In this document: positions 14,034 through 27,030 of the stretch, one piece after another
Position numbering within the stretch: position 1 is the first letter of the stretch
Layout: each line of letters opens with the position of its first letter
Assembly (NCBI RefSeq): GCF_000181795.1
Contig: NW_003526944.1
Span: forward strand, 4,682,479 to 4,746,478
DNA: 64,000 nucleotides
Direction: 5' to 3'
Source of the DNA: Trichinella spiralis
Lineage: Eukaryota
The notes under the pieces: model-generated
What the model was told of the DNA's origin: nothing
The model's input: only the letters and a program-made list of their open reading frames with translations
The model's database searches: none
Program-made: the position numbers and the translations under genes

Positions 14034-16963
14034 GCTTTCTTATTTTGGAATCGTCCTGAAGTCGACAAATGCAGACACTGATAATACGGCAATTTCACGG
14101 ACATGAAATGTGCACCACTCGAAATAGCATTATGATCAGCCAAAGAACTGACCAATCATTGCAGCCGCAGCAATTCCGGCCTACTATCCTATTCGTTGCT
14201 TTGATTGTTACAATTGATTAGTCATTGACAGTTGATGATTATCTTCAAAAAATTACTTTGCAGTTTTTGTTCCATTTACCCTAATTGTATGCCTGTATGA
14301 ATAAGTAGTGATTGAAAGTGGTAATAAATGAGCATATGTGAACGTAACCAAATGATCAACGATTAAAGAATAAGTAACAGCATTAAAAAAATGAGCGTTT
14401 GCATATTGCAGTTGACAAATTTTTGGAGTAAATTAAATTCTGTGCAATAATAAGCAGTAATTAAATTGTTATCAATTTATAATTTGTATATGATTGGTTT
14501 TTAGACTTTTCCTCACACACATCACTATAAATAACGGCGCGAAGAAACAAAATAGAAAAACGTTGCGCTACGTTTTTCATCATGCATTTTCTTCAAACAA
14601 TCAGCGTATATTCCTTCTCATAATGATAGTCATATATTCATTTTTGGTCAATAATCACTTGATATTTATTGAATTCATAGTTACATTATCTTGTTTTATT
14701 GCATGTTTTTATTTGAAGCAAAAATAAATACAACATTTCGATATTAAATGTGTAAATTTTTTCATACAACACAATCCTATAATATATTGACGTGCCAAGT
14801 GCCGCGCCGCTGCCAATTATTCAGAGCATCCATTGTTTTTTACATTTTTCATCTTTCGTGCAAATCGAAACGTTACTCCAACTTACACAATGAGGGGATT
14901 AGTGACGTTGCTGTTTACGTTCCACGTGCCTGTAAGTTAGTGAAATTATTCTTATTACTTTGCTTGCAGACCAGACCGACTAGCCAATTTTTCCATGCTT
15001 CATAGCCTTTTTCCCTTTGTCCACAGTCATTGGAGGTTATATGATAGCTAATTTACTTGAGATAGTTATCAGATAATCTTACAATTGTGTCAGCCCTACT
15101 ATTGTATTAACTGTTAACTGTATGAGTGTATAGATGTCACAAATACAGTGCATGAGTACTTTGATTTGTTTGTCAGAAGTTCGCTTCTACCAGATTTTCA
15201 AAGTGGGCATGTGCCTTTCACCTTTGATAATTACTTTGGAGCACTACTTTATTCATATGTTAATGCATTGTTTCGTATGTTAGGCAAACTGGCATCGTCG
15301 TTTGTTTTAGTAACATAAAAATTATCAACAATTGCGCTACGCTATACACACGTGGGAAATCGTGAGGTCGTACTGGAAAACAGAAAAATCATATCAAAAG
15401 AAAATCAAATCAAGTTCACGGGAAAATTATGTGTAATCATTTTAGAAAATTTAGATGTCAAATTACTTTGCATGCAATCTTTACTTATTATGCAAACCTC
15501 ACAGTAGCAAAATAAAATCTTGAATGAAAATTCGAAAGTAGGCAGTTTCAAAATTTCAATCTGATATATAGGATAGTATTAAATGTTCATTCAACAAAAA
15601 TCTTCATATAAGAAATGCAGTTTCATATGTGCTATTTCACTGTATTAAAATCAGAAAGAGTTGTTATTTTATTTTTCATTTTTTTGTAATTTTATATAAT
15701 TCAACGGAGCAAGCAATGCTGCACGAGTAAATGGAAAATTGTATTCGAGCGAAAGTTGACCCTTATCACTTGTAATCATCTTTCAAGCAGAGCAAAAATG
15801 TTGAACAAAAAGGAAGCCCGCTGAATGAATCATCACTGCAATGGGGGATTGTTAAATTTTTTGCTTTTCTACTTTGAAAAATTGATAAAATATCGACAAC
15901 AGTATTTCCTTTTTGTAAAATGGAAGTAACAAGATGCTGGGAAGAAAGTGAATTTTTTTTGCTTTTTTAAAAAATTACATCTAGCCGAACTGAAATAACG
16001 AATTTGCGTCTGGATGAATCATCATTGAAAGCGTTAACCCTATGCATGCACAGATAGATGGTGTTGTTATGTTATTGCACTTGTCGTCCTTTGTTTTCTT
16101 TTCTGGAATCCACCAAGCTGCAGCTGAATTTTGCTGATCGTTATCTCGCAGTTGCACAATAACTAGTTACAAGAATGATAAACAAAGCCCAGCTGGTCAG
16201 CATTGTTAGCTGTTAGCGTTATCGACTTTCAGGCATGTGCATTTTTTTTCTTCATGGTCTTTCTCTCTTACTGTTCGCCTGTTTACAATTCTTAATTCAT
16301 GTTCACAAATTGCAAAATTTACATTGCCAAATTTTTGCAGTCATCATCTGTTTTTGTATTTTATAAATTTGAACAATTCTGAAATTGAAAATCAAACATT
16401 TTGTGCGTTACCGTTAGGCCATCATGTTTGACCAAGATATGTGAAAAATACGTATTTTTCAGTTGAAACCAATAAACAGAAAAAACAATGCAGTCATCTG
16501 AGCATCAAAAACTTTACTGTTATGAATTTATTTCTCAAAGTTTGCTGACTAGGTATTTGTATTGTATTTTCTATAGTTATTTTCTTTCAATTCCTCTTAC
16601 TCTTTTGCACGGCTTTTCTGCATTAGAACAGCTTAAAGTGAAGAATGGTTTTTGCTGTTTTGTTCGCATCTACTTTAAAAAGTTTGAACTTAATTCTTTG
16701 GTATTTTTCTTATGTATTACGCACAATGATGCTGTTTTTCAAGAATATTTTTTACGTGTTTGTTTATATTTTCTTTCATGTCACAGTCGAATATAAGTGA
16801 AAATTGTACTGACAAAATGCACACAAAAAATGCACTTCGAGACTTTGTTTTCAGTTTTTACTTTATCAGAATACAGGTGCAAAAATTACAAAATAAACTA
16901 CAAAATGTGCTATAGTTTTAAATAATGATCATTGAATGTTGTATATCTTCTGAAGAAGTTTTC

Positions 16964-17621
16964 TCATAGCGACATTCCATTGAATGATGTTTCGAGTGAA
17001 ATCATATCTATAGGGACGTTGTTGTACGTCGCTTCTCGTACCATCTCTAAAAACATAACATAAATAAAATTATACTGAATAAAAAATTATTCTATTTTTT
17101 TTAAATCTTACCTTCTGTTATCGGATTTTTGCTTTCAGAAATGAAATGCACGAAGTCGCATTCAGCCCCATATGGGCAGCCTTTTAATGTACGAAATTTG
17201 TTGCATAGCACCGTCTTATATTTGGGATGTCGGCGCAGTTCACTACGCGAATGGGCGAAAGTGCATCTTTGCCCATAAGGACAATAGTTGGTGATGCCCG
17301 CCCAAAAGCACATTCGTGTCTTATACTTTGTGTCTCGCTTTGTCGTCACACATTTTTCACGTTGATTTTTAATTTTTTTATTTCTTTTAAAGGCCATTTC
17401 ATTTGGCCAAAATCCTATATGAAAGTCTGTGCATTTGTTTACTTCTTTATTTTGCGCTTCCTGATGTTTTGCATGCTTGTTAACTTTCTTGAATAAAAAA
17501 GGCATAAATTAATATAAAACATATTGCAAGTATTTCATACCTGATTGTTCATTTCAAGTTCGCGAGTGTTAGTTGTCTTGAAAACTACTTGCAAAGTGCT
17601 TTCGCTTTTCAGAGATAACAT
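16964..17621 (-). CDS. Tandem CCCH zinc-finger gene, array copy B, ~179 aa; exons 17621-17541, 17487-17112, 17046-16964
   Basis: MLSLKSESTLQ...NNQ|KVNKH...KYKTRMCFWAGITNYCPYGQRCTFAH-SRSELRRHPKYKTVL-CNKFRTLKGCPYGAECDFVH...EMVREATYNNVP...SL*. Donors GTATGA and GTAAGA. Confidence 0.88.
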
Positions 17622-20375
17622 GTTTTCTTTTTTCGCAATCGTTCACGAAGTCGAGAAATACTGAAAGTGATGATCGGGCGATTTCACGAGCATAAAACGT
17701 GAACCACTCGACCTATCATTACAATCAGCCAAATAACTGACCAATCGCTACAGCCGCTGTTCCCGCCTACGATACAATTCGCTGCTTTAATTGTTGCAAT
17801 TGACCACTCATCGACAGTTGATGGTTATCTTCAAAAAATTATTTTGCAGTTATCATTCTATCTGCCCAAACTGTATGCATACATGGATAAGTAGTGATTG
17901 AAATTGAAAATAAATGGACATATCGAAAAAGAACAAAATCATCAAGATATAAGAATAAATAACAGCTTCTAAAAATGAACATTTGCATATTGTAGTTGAC
18001 AAGTTCTGCGGTAAAATAGATTCTGTGCAATAACCAGCAGTAATTAAATTGTTATCAATTTATAATTTGTAGATGATTGGTTTTTAGACTTTTCCTCACA
18101 CACAACACCATAAATAAAGGCGCGAAGAAACAAAATAGAAAAACGTTACGCTACGTTTTTCATCATGCATTTTCTTCAAACAATCAGCGTATATTCCTTC
18201 TCATAATGATAGTCATATATTCATTTTTGGTCAATAATCACTTGATATTTATTGAATTCATAGAATTATCTTGTTTTATTGCATATTTTTATTTCAAGCA
18301 AAAATAAATGCAATATTTTGATATTAAATGTGTAAATTTTTTCATACAACACATCATATAATATATTGTCGCGCCAAGTGACGCGCCGCTGCCAATTATC
18401 CAGAGCATCCATTGTTTTTTACCTTTCTTATCTTTCGTGCAAATCGAAACGTTACTCCAACTTACACAATGAGGGGATTAGTGACGTTGCTGTTTACGTT
18501 CCACGTGCCTGTAAGTTAGTGAAATTATTCTTATTACTTTGCTTGCAGACCAGACCGACTAGCCAATTTTTCCATGCTTCATAGCCTTTTTCCCTTTTCC
18601 ACATTCAGTGGAGGTTATATTATAGCTAATTTACTCGAGATAGTTATCAGATAATCTTACAATTGTGTCAGCCCTACTATTGTATTAACTGTTAACTGCA
18701 TGCGTGTATGGATTGCACAAATACAGTACTAAATACTTTAATTTGTGGTTCAGAAGCTGGCTTTCAGCAGATATTCAAAATGGGCGTGTGCCTTCGATTT
18801 TTGATAATTACTTTAAAGCTCAACCTTATTCATTCGTTAAACTTTGCTTCATATACAGGGAAAACTGCCATTTTCAGTTGTTTTCACAGCATAAATTGTC
18901 TACAATTGCTTGACAGCAGCAAAGTAAAATCTTGAATTAAAATTGGAAAATAGGCAGTCTCAAAATTTTAATTTGATTTATAGGACTTTTTTTTCAATTT
19001 GATTCAACAAAACACTTCATATACGAAATGCAGTTTCATATGTGCTATTTCACTGTATTAAAATCAAAAAGGGTTATTTTTCATTCTTTTTGTAATTTTA
19101 TATAATTCAACGCAGCAAGCAATGCTGCACGAGTGAATGGAAAATTGTATTCGAGCGAAAGTTGACGCTTATCACTTGTGATCATCTTTCAAGCAATGCA
19201 AAAATGTTGAACAAAAAAAAGCCCGTTGAATGAATTATCACTCCAATGGGGGATTGTTAAATTTTTTGTTTTTCTACTTTGAAAAACTGATAAAATATCA
19301 AATACTATATTTCCATTTTTGTAAAATGAAAGTTACAAGATGCTGGGAAGAAAGTGAATTTTTTTGCTTTTTTAAAAAATTACATCTAGCCGAACTGAAA
19401 TAACGAATTTGCGTCTGGATGAATCATCATTGAAAGCGTTAACCCTATGCATGCACAGATAGATGGTGTTGTTATGTTATTGCTCTTGTCGTCCTTTGTT
19501 TTCTTTTCTGTAATCTTACAAGCTGCAGCTGAATTTTGCTGATCATTATCTCGCAGTTGCACAATAACTATCTCCAAGAATGTTAAACAAAGCCTAGCTG
19601 GTCAGCATTGTTAGCTGTTAGCGATAGCGACTTTCAAGCTTGTTCCTTTTTTTTCTTCATGGTTATTCTCTCATATTTTTCGCCTGTTTGCAATTCTGAA
19701 TCCATATTCACAAATTGCAAAAGTTACATTGGCATATATTTCCAGTCATCATCTGTTTTTGTATTTTGTAAATTTGAACAATTCGGAAAATGAAAATCAA
19801 ACACTGTGCGTTACTGTTAGGCCATCATGTTTGACTAAGATTTATGAGAAATGAAAAATACGTTTTTTTCAGTTGAAACCAATAAACAGAAAAAATAATG
19901 CAGTCATCTGAGCATCAAAAACTTCACTGTTATGAATTTATTTCTCAAAGTTTGCTGACTAGGTATTTGTATTGTATTTTCTATAGTTATTTTCTTTCAA
20001 TTCCTCTTACTCTTTTGCACGACTTTTCTACATTAGAATCGCTTAAAGTGAAGAATGGTTTTTGCTGTGTTTTGTTCGCATCTACTTTAAAATGTTTGAA
20101 CTTAATTCTTTGGTATTTTTCTTATGTATTACGCACAATGATGCTGTTTTTCAAGAATATTTTTTACGTGTTTGTTTATATTTTCTTTCATGTCACAGTC
20201 GAATATAAGTAAAAATTGTACTGACAAAATGCACACAAAAAATGCACTTCGAGACTTTGCTTTCAGTTTTTACTTTATCGGAATACAGGTGCAGAAATTA
20301 CAAAATAAACTACAAAATGTGCTATAGTTTTAAATAATGATCATTGAATGTTGTATATCTTCTGAAGAAGTTTTC

Positions 20376-21033
20376 TCATAGCGACATTCCATTGAATGAT
20401 CTTTCGAGTGAGCTTATATCTATAGGGACGTTGTTGTACGTCGCTTCTCGTACCATCTCTAAAAACATAACATAAATAAAATTATACTGAATAAAAAATT
20501 ATCCTATTTTTTTAAATCTTACCTTCTGTTATCGGATTTTTGCCCTCAGAAGTAAAATGCACAAATTGGCATTCAGCCCCATATGGGCAGCCTTTTACTG
20601 TACGAAATTTATTGCACAGCACCGTCTTATATTTTGGATGTTTGCGTAGTTCACTACGCGAATGGGCGAAAGTGCACCTTCGACCATAAGGGCAATAGTC
20701 GCTTAAATCTATCCAAAAGCACATTTTAGTTTTGTACTTTGGATTGCGGTGTGGAATATATGGTTTTCTACGTTGATTTTTAATTTTTTTATTTCTTTTA
20801 AAGGCCCTTTCATTTGGCCAGAATCCTATTTTGAAGTTTGTTCTTTCCTTTGCTTCTTTATTTCGTGATTCGTATTTCTTCTGATACTTGTTAATTTTCT
20901 TCAATAAAAGAAAACATAAATTATTGTAAAACATATTGCATGTATTTCATACCTGATAGTTCATGTCAAATTCAGCAGTGTTGCTTGTCGTGCAGAGTGC
21001 TGGCAAATCGTTTTCTCCTTTTAGAAATGACAT
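20376..21033 (-). CDS. Tandem CCCH zinc-finger gene, array copy C, ~179 aa; exons 21033-20953, 20898-20523, 20458-20376
   Basis: Same exon sizes as copy B (81/376/83 nt) and two C-x8-C-x5-C-x3-H fingers with KYKT lead-ins. Confidence 0.88.
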
Positions 21034-22595
21034 GTTTTCTTATTTTGCAGTCGTGCAGAATGTCGACAAATGCTTATACTGATAATCAGACAATTTCTCG
21101 AATATAAAATGTATATCACTTGACCTAACATTACAATGAGCCAAAAAACTGACCAATTACTGCAGCTGCAATTCCTGGTCACTATCCTATTCGTTGCTTT
21201 GATTGTTACAATTGACCAGTCATTGGCAGTTGATGATTATCTTCAAAAAATTACTTTGCAATTTTTGTTCTATTTTCCCAAACTCTGTGCAGGTATGAAT
21301 AAGTAGTGAATGAAAATGATAATTAATAAGCTTAACTGTGTCTGCGCAAATTTTGATAATTATGAATGCAATTTGCCTGCAAATTGAGTGAAGTTCTTTA
21401 TAGTAAGCAATCTAAAATTAGCTGAAAAGAGTTCTGTACAGAATATTTTGCATTTCGTGTCAAAGCGAAGCTAACTTTGCATTTGATTGAAATGTGATCT
21501 TCTCGCACCTGATAATGAAATAAATCTTCGGTGAATTAATAAATGTACATGAAGGACATGCTTTTTAGCATTGTGAATGCTGTATCATAGAACAGCTGCA
21601 GTTGACCTACGTCAGGTTTCCAAACTTAGGCTTGCAGCATGAGTTGACCATTCTCACGTCTGTGGCCACTAAATGATTGATCTGTTGCATGCTTGCCAGG
21701 CGGTAGGAGGAGAAAATATCTTCCCTCTCCATTTTCATCTTTGAGCAGAGTTTTTGTCACCGATACGATTTTCTTATTAGTTTTTTCTCACGTAACGGTG
21801 GATATTATCATCAATAAAAAAAGAACAAAAAATGGGTCAAAAGTTTGCAGTTTAATAATCACAGCAGAATGTACGATAGTGACCAGCGACTCAGCATTTT
21901 TACAATTACTGCTTTGTATCAAAATACATGTGAATTTTTTTGTTGAGTTTGATGCAATAAATCTTCCTTAAACTAAGTATAAATCATAAAATATTGCATG
22001 TGTGAAATAGAAACTGTGTTACATATAAAATTCACAGAATAATGTTAGATGGCAAAATAGTGAGTGTTTTAATTTGCATAAAATTTCAATTTTTCAAATG
22101 AATAATTCGAGTGTAGCTGAATGGACTGAGAGTTAAATGGCTGTTTTGAACGTTATTAATTTTTCCGTTTTTTGCAAACAAGTTTGATAAGATGGGCAAT
22201 GCGCTTCTCGCTGTAAGGTAAAAACAATGGGGAAGAATTTTAAAAAAGTACAAGTCAATCAATTTTTAATTTAGTTAAATTGCTTTTATTTTGTTTTTTT
22301 TTCTGAATCGAACACCCAGTATGTGCGCGTGCGTGCAGAAATGGCAATATTTCAATCAAAAATGTGCAACGATGCGTTATGCAAAAAAATTATTATTTTT
22401 ATTAAAGTACTGTGGATGAAAATAATAAAAAATGAGATAGATGATAAAATGATGCAATTCTCTTCAAATGAAATACCAGATTCAGTTGCTTGTCATTTTG
22501 TTGTTAAACATGTTGACAAGAACTTGCTGTAATTTAATTGAACCTGTGAACTTTTAAGAATACGGTCGTCAATTGAGAAGATTTTATTTTGAAAG

Positions 22596-24653
22596 ATGCA
22601 TCACGGTGATTCTTCGTCTTTTTTCCGCAAACCAACTGACGAATTTTACCACTTTGCTTTGAACTATCGCTTCAACGACGACAACTATCTGACGTTCAGC
22701 TCCATTGAACAAGTAAAAAATTTATTTTTATTGATTGATTATGTAAATTTATTGTTTTGTTTATTTAATTTTTATTTTTGTCAAATTGTTTGTCAGAAAC
22801 GCACTGAAGAATTGGTTCAAGAATGTTTCAACGCGTTCAACGATGAACAACAAGTTGAATACACGTACAGAATTTGCAGTTGTGATTTGGGATTGAAAAA
22901 TAATGTAATTGAATTTGTATTCAATTTTTATTCTTAGCGTTCCACAATTGCTTCGTGAAGAGCATGCGAAATATTTGCGCAGTGGAATTGAACAGCTCCA
23001 CTCTGGTTACGCGGTATTTTTTTTGTTCATTTTTTGTAAAATTAATCCAAACTCATCCTCTCATCCAAGTGTTTTATCTCTTTTCATCGCATGCAGAGTT
23101 TGGACGCCAGTCGAACTTGGATAGTTTATTGGATAGTGCAGAGTTTGGAACTGTTGCAAGAACCTTTGTCAATCGAAACGTCAAAAAAGTGATGCGTTAA
23201 ATCTTTTTTTTTCAAATTGAAAAAAGCTGTGAAAATGGTGGTGCTTTTTTTTCAGAATCATTGCCTTTCTGAAAACTTGTCAGTCTCCTACTGGCGGTTT
23301 TGGAGGTGTGCTTTTTGCCTTTTTGATTTTTGACGAAATTGCAGTGCAAATTTAAATTTACAGGCGGTCCGGGTCAAATGGCCCACTTGGCTACCACTTA
23401 CGCGGCTGTCATGGCTCTTTGCATTGTTGGAACAGAAGAAGCTTATCAAGCTATCGATCGGTGTGTTGGTTTTAGGAATAAATGTTTTTCATGTATTTCA
23501 AAAAAAATTCCTTTAATTTTCAGTCCAGCACTGCTTTCTTTTCTAACTTTGATGAAACAACCTGATGGCAGTTTTTCAATGCACGAAGATGGTGAAATTG
23601 ATATCCGGTAATGAGTAATTTGATCGTTTTGTGGGCATTGTATTTTTGAACATTTTATTTATCAACGTCAATTCAGCGGGGCTTATTGTGCCGCAGCGGT
23701 GGCTCGAATTACCAACATCTACAACGAAAAGTTGTTCGACAAAACCGCCGAATGGATGATCGGCTGTCAAACATACGAGGGCGGCTTTTCCGCATCGCCG
23801 GGATGCGAAGCGCACGGTGGCTACACATTCTGCGGTATTGCCGGTTTGGCTTTGCTCGGTCGTGAGAAGCTTTGCCACGCGCCGAGTGTTAAAGTGCGTT
23901 GAAATTAATTTAAATTTATCAAGTCAACCCTATTTGTTTATCTATTTTTATTCTCTTTTTTGTGAAGCAATTTTACTTACAGTATGAAAATGATCGATGA
24001 ATTTGAAAATTAAGAATTAATGTTGTAGAAATGGCTCGCCAGTAGACAGATGCAATTCGAAGGTGGATTCAACGGCAGAACGAACAAACTGGTGGATGGT
24101 TGTTATTCATTTTGGCAAGCCGCATCTTTTCAAATTGTCAATCAATTTGAAATAGCCACCGGTGTGTTTTGAATTATTTGAAATTTTGTTGACAAAATTT
24201 GTCTAAATTGCTGCTGTAAAATAGGATCGTCGACGTCGAAGTTCAGTTTCGACAGACGAGCGTTGCAGAATTACATTTTGCTCTGCTGCCAACATCCGTA
24301 CGGAGGTTTGATCGACAAACCCGGAAAGTCAGACTATTCACAAAATAGAAATTAGTTTTTTTTTAATTTTTCAATTGTTCAAGGAATCGTGATTATTATC
24401 ACACTTGCTACACACTCAGTGGACTTTCTATTGCGCAGCATTTTGATACTGAAGAAGAAGAGCCGTTTGTTGTTGGTTCTTCGAAAAATTTGCTGGTAAG
24501 ATATCTATTTTTTAAAAATAAAACATGTATATTAATTTACATGTTTGCTTGTTTGATTTGTTTAAGGAAAAGACGCATCCAGTTTTCAATATTTCGTTCA
24601 AAAAGCAAAAATTGGCCAGCGATTACTTTAGCCAGTTTTCAGTCATTGCATGA
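22596..24653 (+). CDS. FNTB: Protein farnesyltransferase subunit beta; 12 exons: 22596-22712, 22797-22864, 22938-23013, 23097-23188, 23256-23305, 23364-23460, 23524-23607, 23677-23893, 24029-24161, 24225-24327, 24384-24495, 24567-24653
   Basis: Motifs LDASRTWIVYW, GGFGGGPGQMAHLATTYAAV, GEIDIRGAYCA, CQTYEGGF...EAHGGYTFC, RQMQFEGGFNGRTNKLVDGCYSFWQ (Zn ligands D and C), DKPGKNRDYYHTCY (Zn ligand H) and THPVFNI. Confidence 0.95.
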
Positions 24654-25388
24654 AAGCCTACTTGAAGGTGTAATTTCTTATGATGGGTTATCGGAATTAT
24701 TATCATTTTAGGTGTTGGTAGTAGTAATATTTTTTATGCTTTTCACATGGATAAAGGTTTTTTTGTGATTCAGGAAAAGGGTTTCGGTTATAATGATTTG
24801 TATTTTTGTAGTTGGGTGAAAATAAAGTTCATTATTTTTATCAACAACGTTTTTTTTAGATTCACAAAAGACAAAAATAGTTTGGCCTACATAATTGTGT
24901 TCATTTTTAGTTGCTTGCTTTATGTCGAATACACAAATAGCTACTAGATACAAGTGGCAAAATTACACTTTTTACAATTGAAACAGGTTAGTTGGTTTTT
25001 TCTGAAATTTGAAAAGAAATAAGCTTTGCTTTGCAAGCAGTTGCACGAAATGCTTTTTTTCATTGTTAATAATAATAATAATTATTATTATCATACAAAG
25101 TTTGCAATTTTAGATAATTATTCTTTATTCTATTTTGGTTAAAATATGGGTGAGAATTGGAATTTTATTTTTCAATAATTTCAGCAGTTTTCCATAAGAT
25201 TTATGCTTTGAATTTTTCATTATCTTTTGCAGTTAGATTGCTTGTTCAGAAACAGAAATGGACATGAAAACTTTTGTCTGTAAATTTTATTTCAACCGAT
25301 CTAACAACAATTACAATTGTAATTGTAATAATAATAATTGTTATTGTTGTTAGATAAATCTAATTCATATTAATTACTTCATATTTGT

Positions 25389-27030
25389 TTACACACGAGC
25401 TTTCTTGCGACGTCTGTATGGTGATGCAACGACGGGCTCTGAGCCGGCTCCGTATTCTTGATTGAAAGACGGAACCCCGGTTGGAACACCGTAACCTCCA
25501 GCGCCAGATGAACCGTGCGGTTGGCTTGGTTTCGTTTCGGTCGGTCTGCTTCCTTCATTTTCACTGCTTCCTGGACGTGGTGTTCGGGCAGGGCACGGGC
25601 AGTACAACGAATCTGGTCCTGGATTGCCAGGTATGCCGACCATACCAGGACGTCCCATACTGCCGCGGGGTCCTTGTGGTCCAGGGGGTCCTTGGGGACC
25701 AACGTCTCCCCGTCGACCATTTGGTGCATCATGTCCGCGAGGTCCTTTGTCACCTGCTGGGCCAATTGGTCCTGGTTTTCCTTTGTTGCCTTTACGTGGA
25801 ACGAACATTTTGGCATTCAGTCCTGGTATTCCTTTCGGGCCGACGGCTCCTGTCGGGCCTTTCATTCCTGGATTTCCTGGTGGACCTGGTGGTCCAGGTT
25901 GTCCATCGACTCCGGGTGCTCCAGGACGGCCCGGTGAACCGGCAAGACCTTGCGCTCCTGCAACGATGTCATTTGAATTTGTGATGAAGGATAATTTTAA
26001 TATTGTTCGCGTTTGTCTTGTCTTGCTTTTTTTTCTTCTATTTTCTGATCACAAAATGAAATACTTCCAATCAAAGCGACATACCTTCTACTCCTGGGGG
26101 TCCCGGTGGTCCGGCGCCGCAAGTTGGGCACCTGATGCATCCGACCAAATTTGTACGCTCTGTGGTCGAATCTTCGCCATCTTTGCCAGGCTGGCCGGGC
26201 AGGCCGGCTGTGCCGTCGGATCCAGGAATGCCAGGCGGTCCAGGAGGTCCGGGACGTCCTGCTGGGCACTTCTTCGCTTTTGAACAACTGCACTTGCACG
26301 GCGAACCCGGTCGTCCAGCTTTGCCCGAACGTACCCAATTTTCGCACAGCTCATCCCAAGTGTCGCCAGGCAAACGATCGAATTCAGCTTGCAAATTTCG
26401 ATCCGACTTCTCTTGTTGATTTGTCGAGCTTTTCTGTTGGTTGTGTTGAAATTCTTGCCCAATATTCGGCACAATGTAGCCGGCTTGTCCTGCAGCGGTA
26501 TCCGGAATCACCATCGACGGTGGTATTGATGGTAATACAGATTCTTTCGGATAGCCGGTGCCTGAAAATCCAAGCATCACTTGAATTGCAAAAAAAAGTA
26601 AGAAAGAAAACAAAAATATCTGAAAGCGCACCAATGCTGGGGTTTGGTTTGGTCGGTCTCGTGTCTGCGGTTGGGAAGAAGCTTCCGTAGCCGGCTTGTC
26701 GTTTGTGTCTGGCTTCGTCAATCGTGATCATCTCTTTCCAAAGCAAATCTGAATTGGCCTGCAGCAACAAGAAGCAGCAGCATTAGTGAAAATAATAAAT
26801 TAAACAAGTAATATAATATGCTTCTTATTCATATAACATTTTCATCTTTGCACAATTTTTCATATTGGTGGCTGGTAACTTACTTTGAATTCAGCCATTT
26901 CTACATCCAATTCAAGCCAGATGTCGTTGATCTGCGTGTATATGGTCGGTCCGAGTACCAAACAGGACAGAAGCGTGAAACAGCTGAGCGCAGTGGAAAA
27001 GCAAGTAGCAACAAGTACCTCTTTTGCCAT
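25389..27030 (-). CDS. Nematode cuticle collagen; exons 27030-26884, 26758-26632, 26579-26085, 25957-25389
   Basis: Hydrophobic N-terminus (MAKEVLVATCF...PTIYTQINDIWLELDVEMAEFK), RHKR furin-type site, CKCSC cluster, interrupted Gly-X-Y blocks with CIRCP, and a C-terminal YCPCPAR motif. Confidence 0.95.

Larger units (their letters stand above)
10980..21330. repeat. Tandem array of three ~3.4-3.6 kb units (about 10980-14340, 14340-17920, 17920-21330), each with one CCCH gene
   Basis: Recurring blocks such as gccgaactgaaataacgaatttgcg (~12430/15985/19390), cagccctactattgtattaactg (~11700/15090/18670) and the paralogous CCCH ORFs. Boundaries are approximate. Confidence 0.92.

Noticed and set aside
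10980..21330. Array as a transposon or CRISPR-like structure
   Set aside because: No transposase, TIRs, LTRs or repeat-spacer periodicity; it is a gene-containing tandem duplication in a eukaryote.
25481..26690. Long plus-strand Gly/Pro-rich ORFs, e.g. 25624-26283
   Set aside because: Antisense shadows of collagen GGN/CCN codons; splice sites and domain order support only the minus strand.
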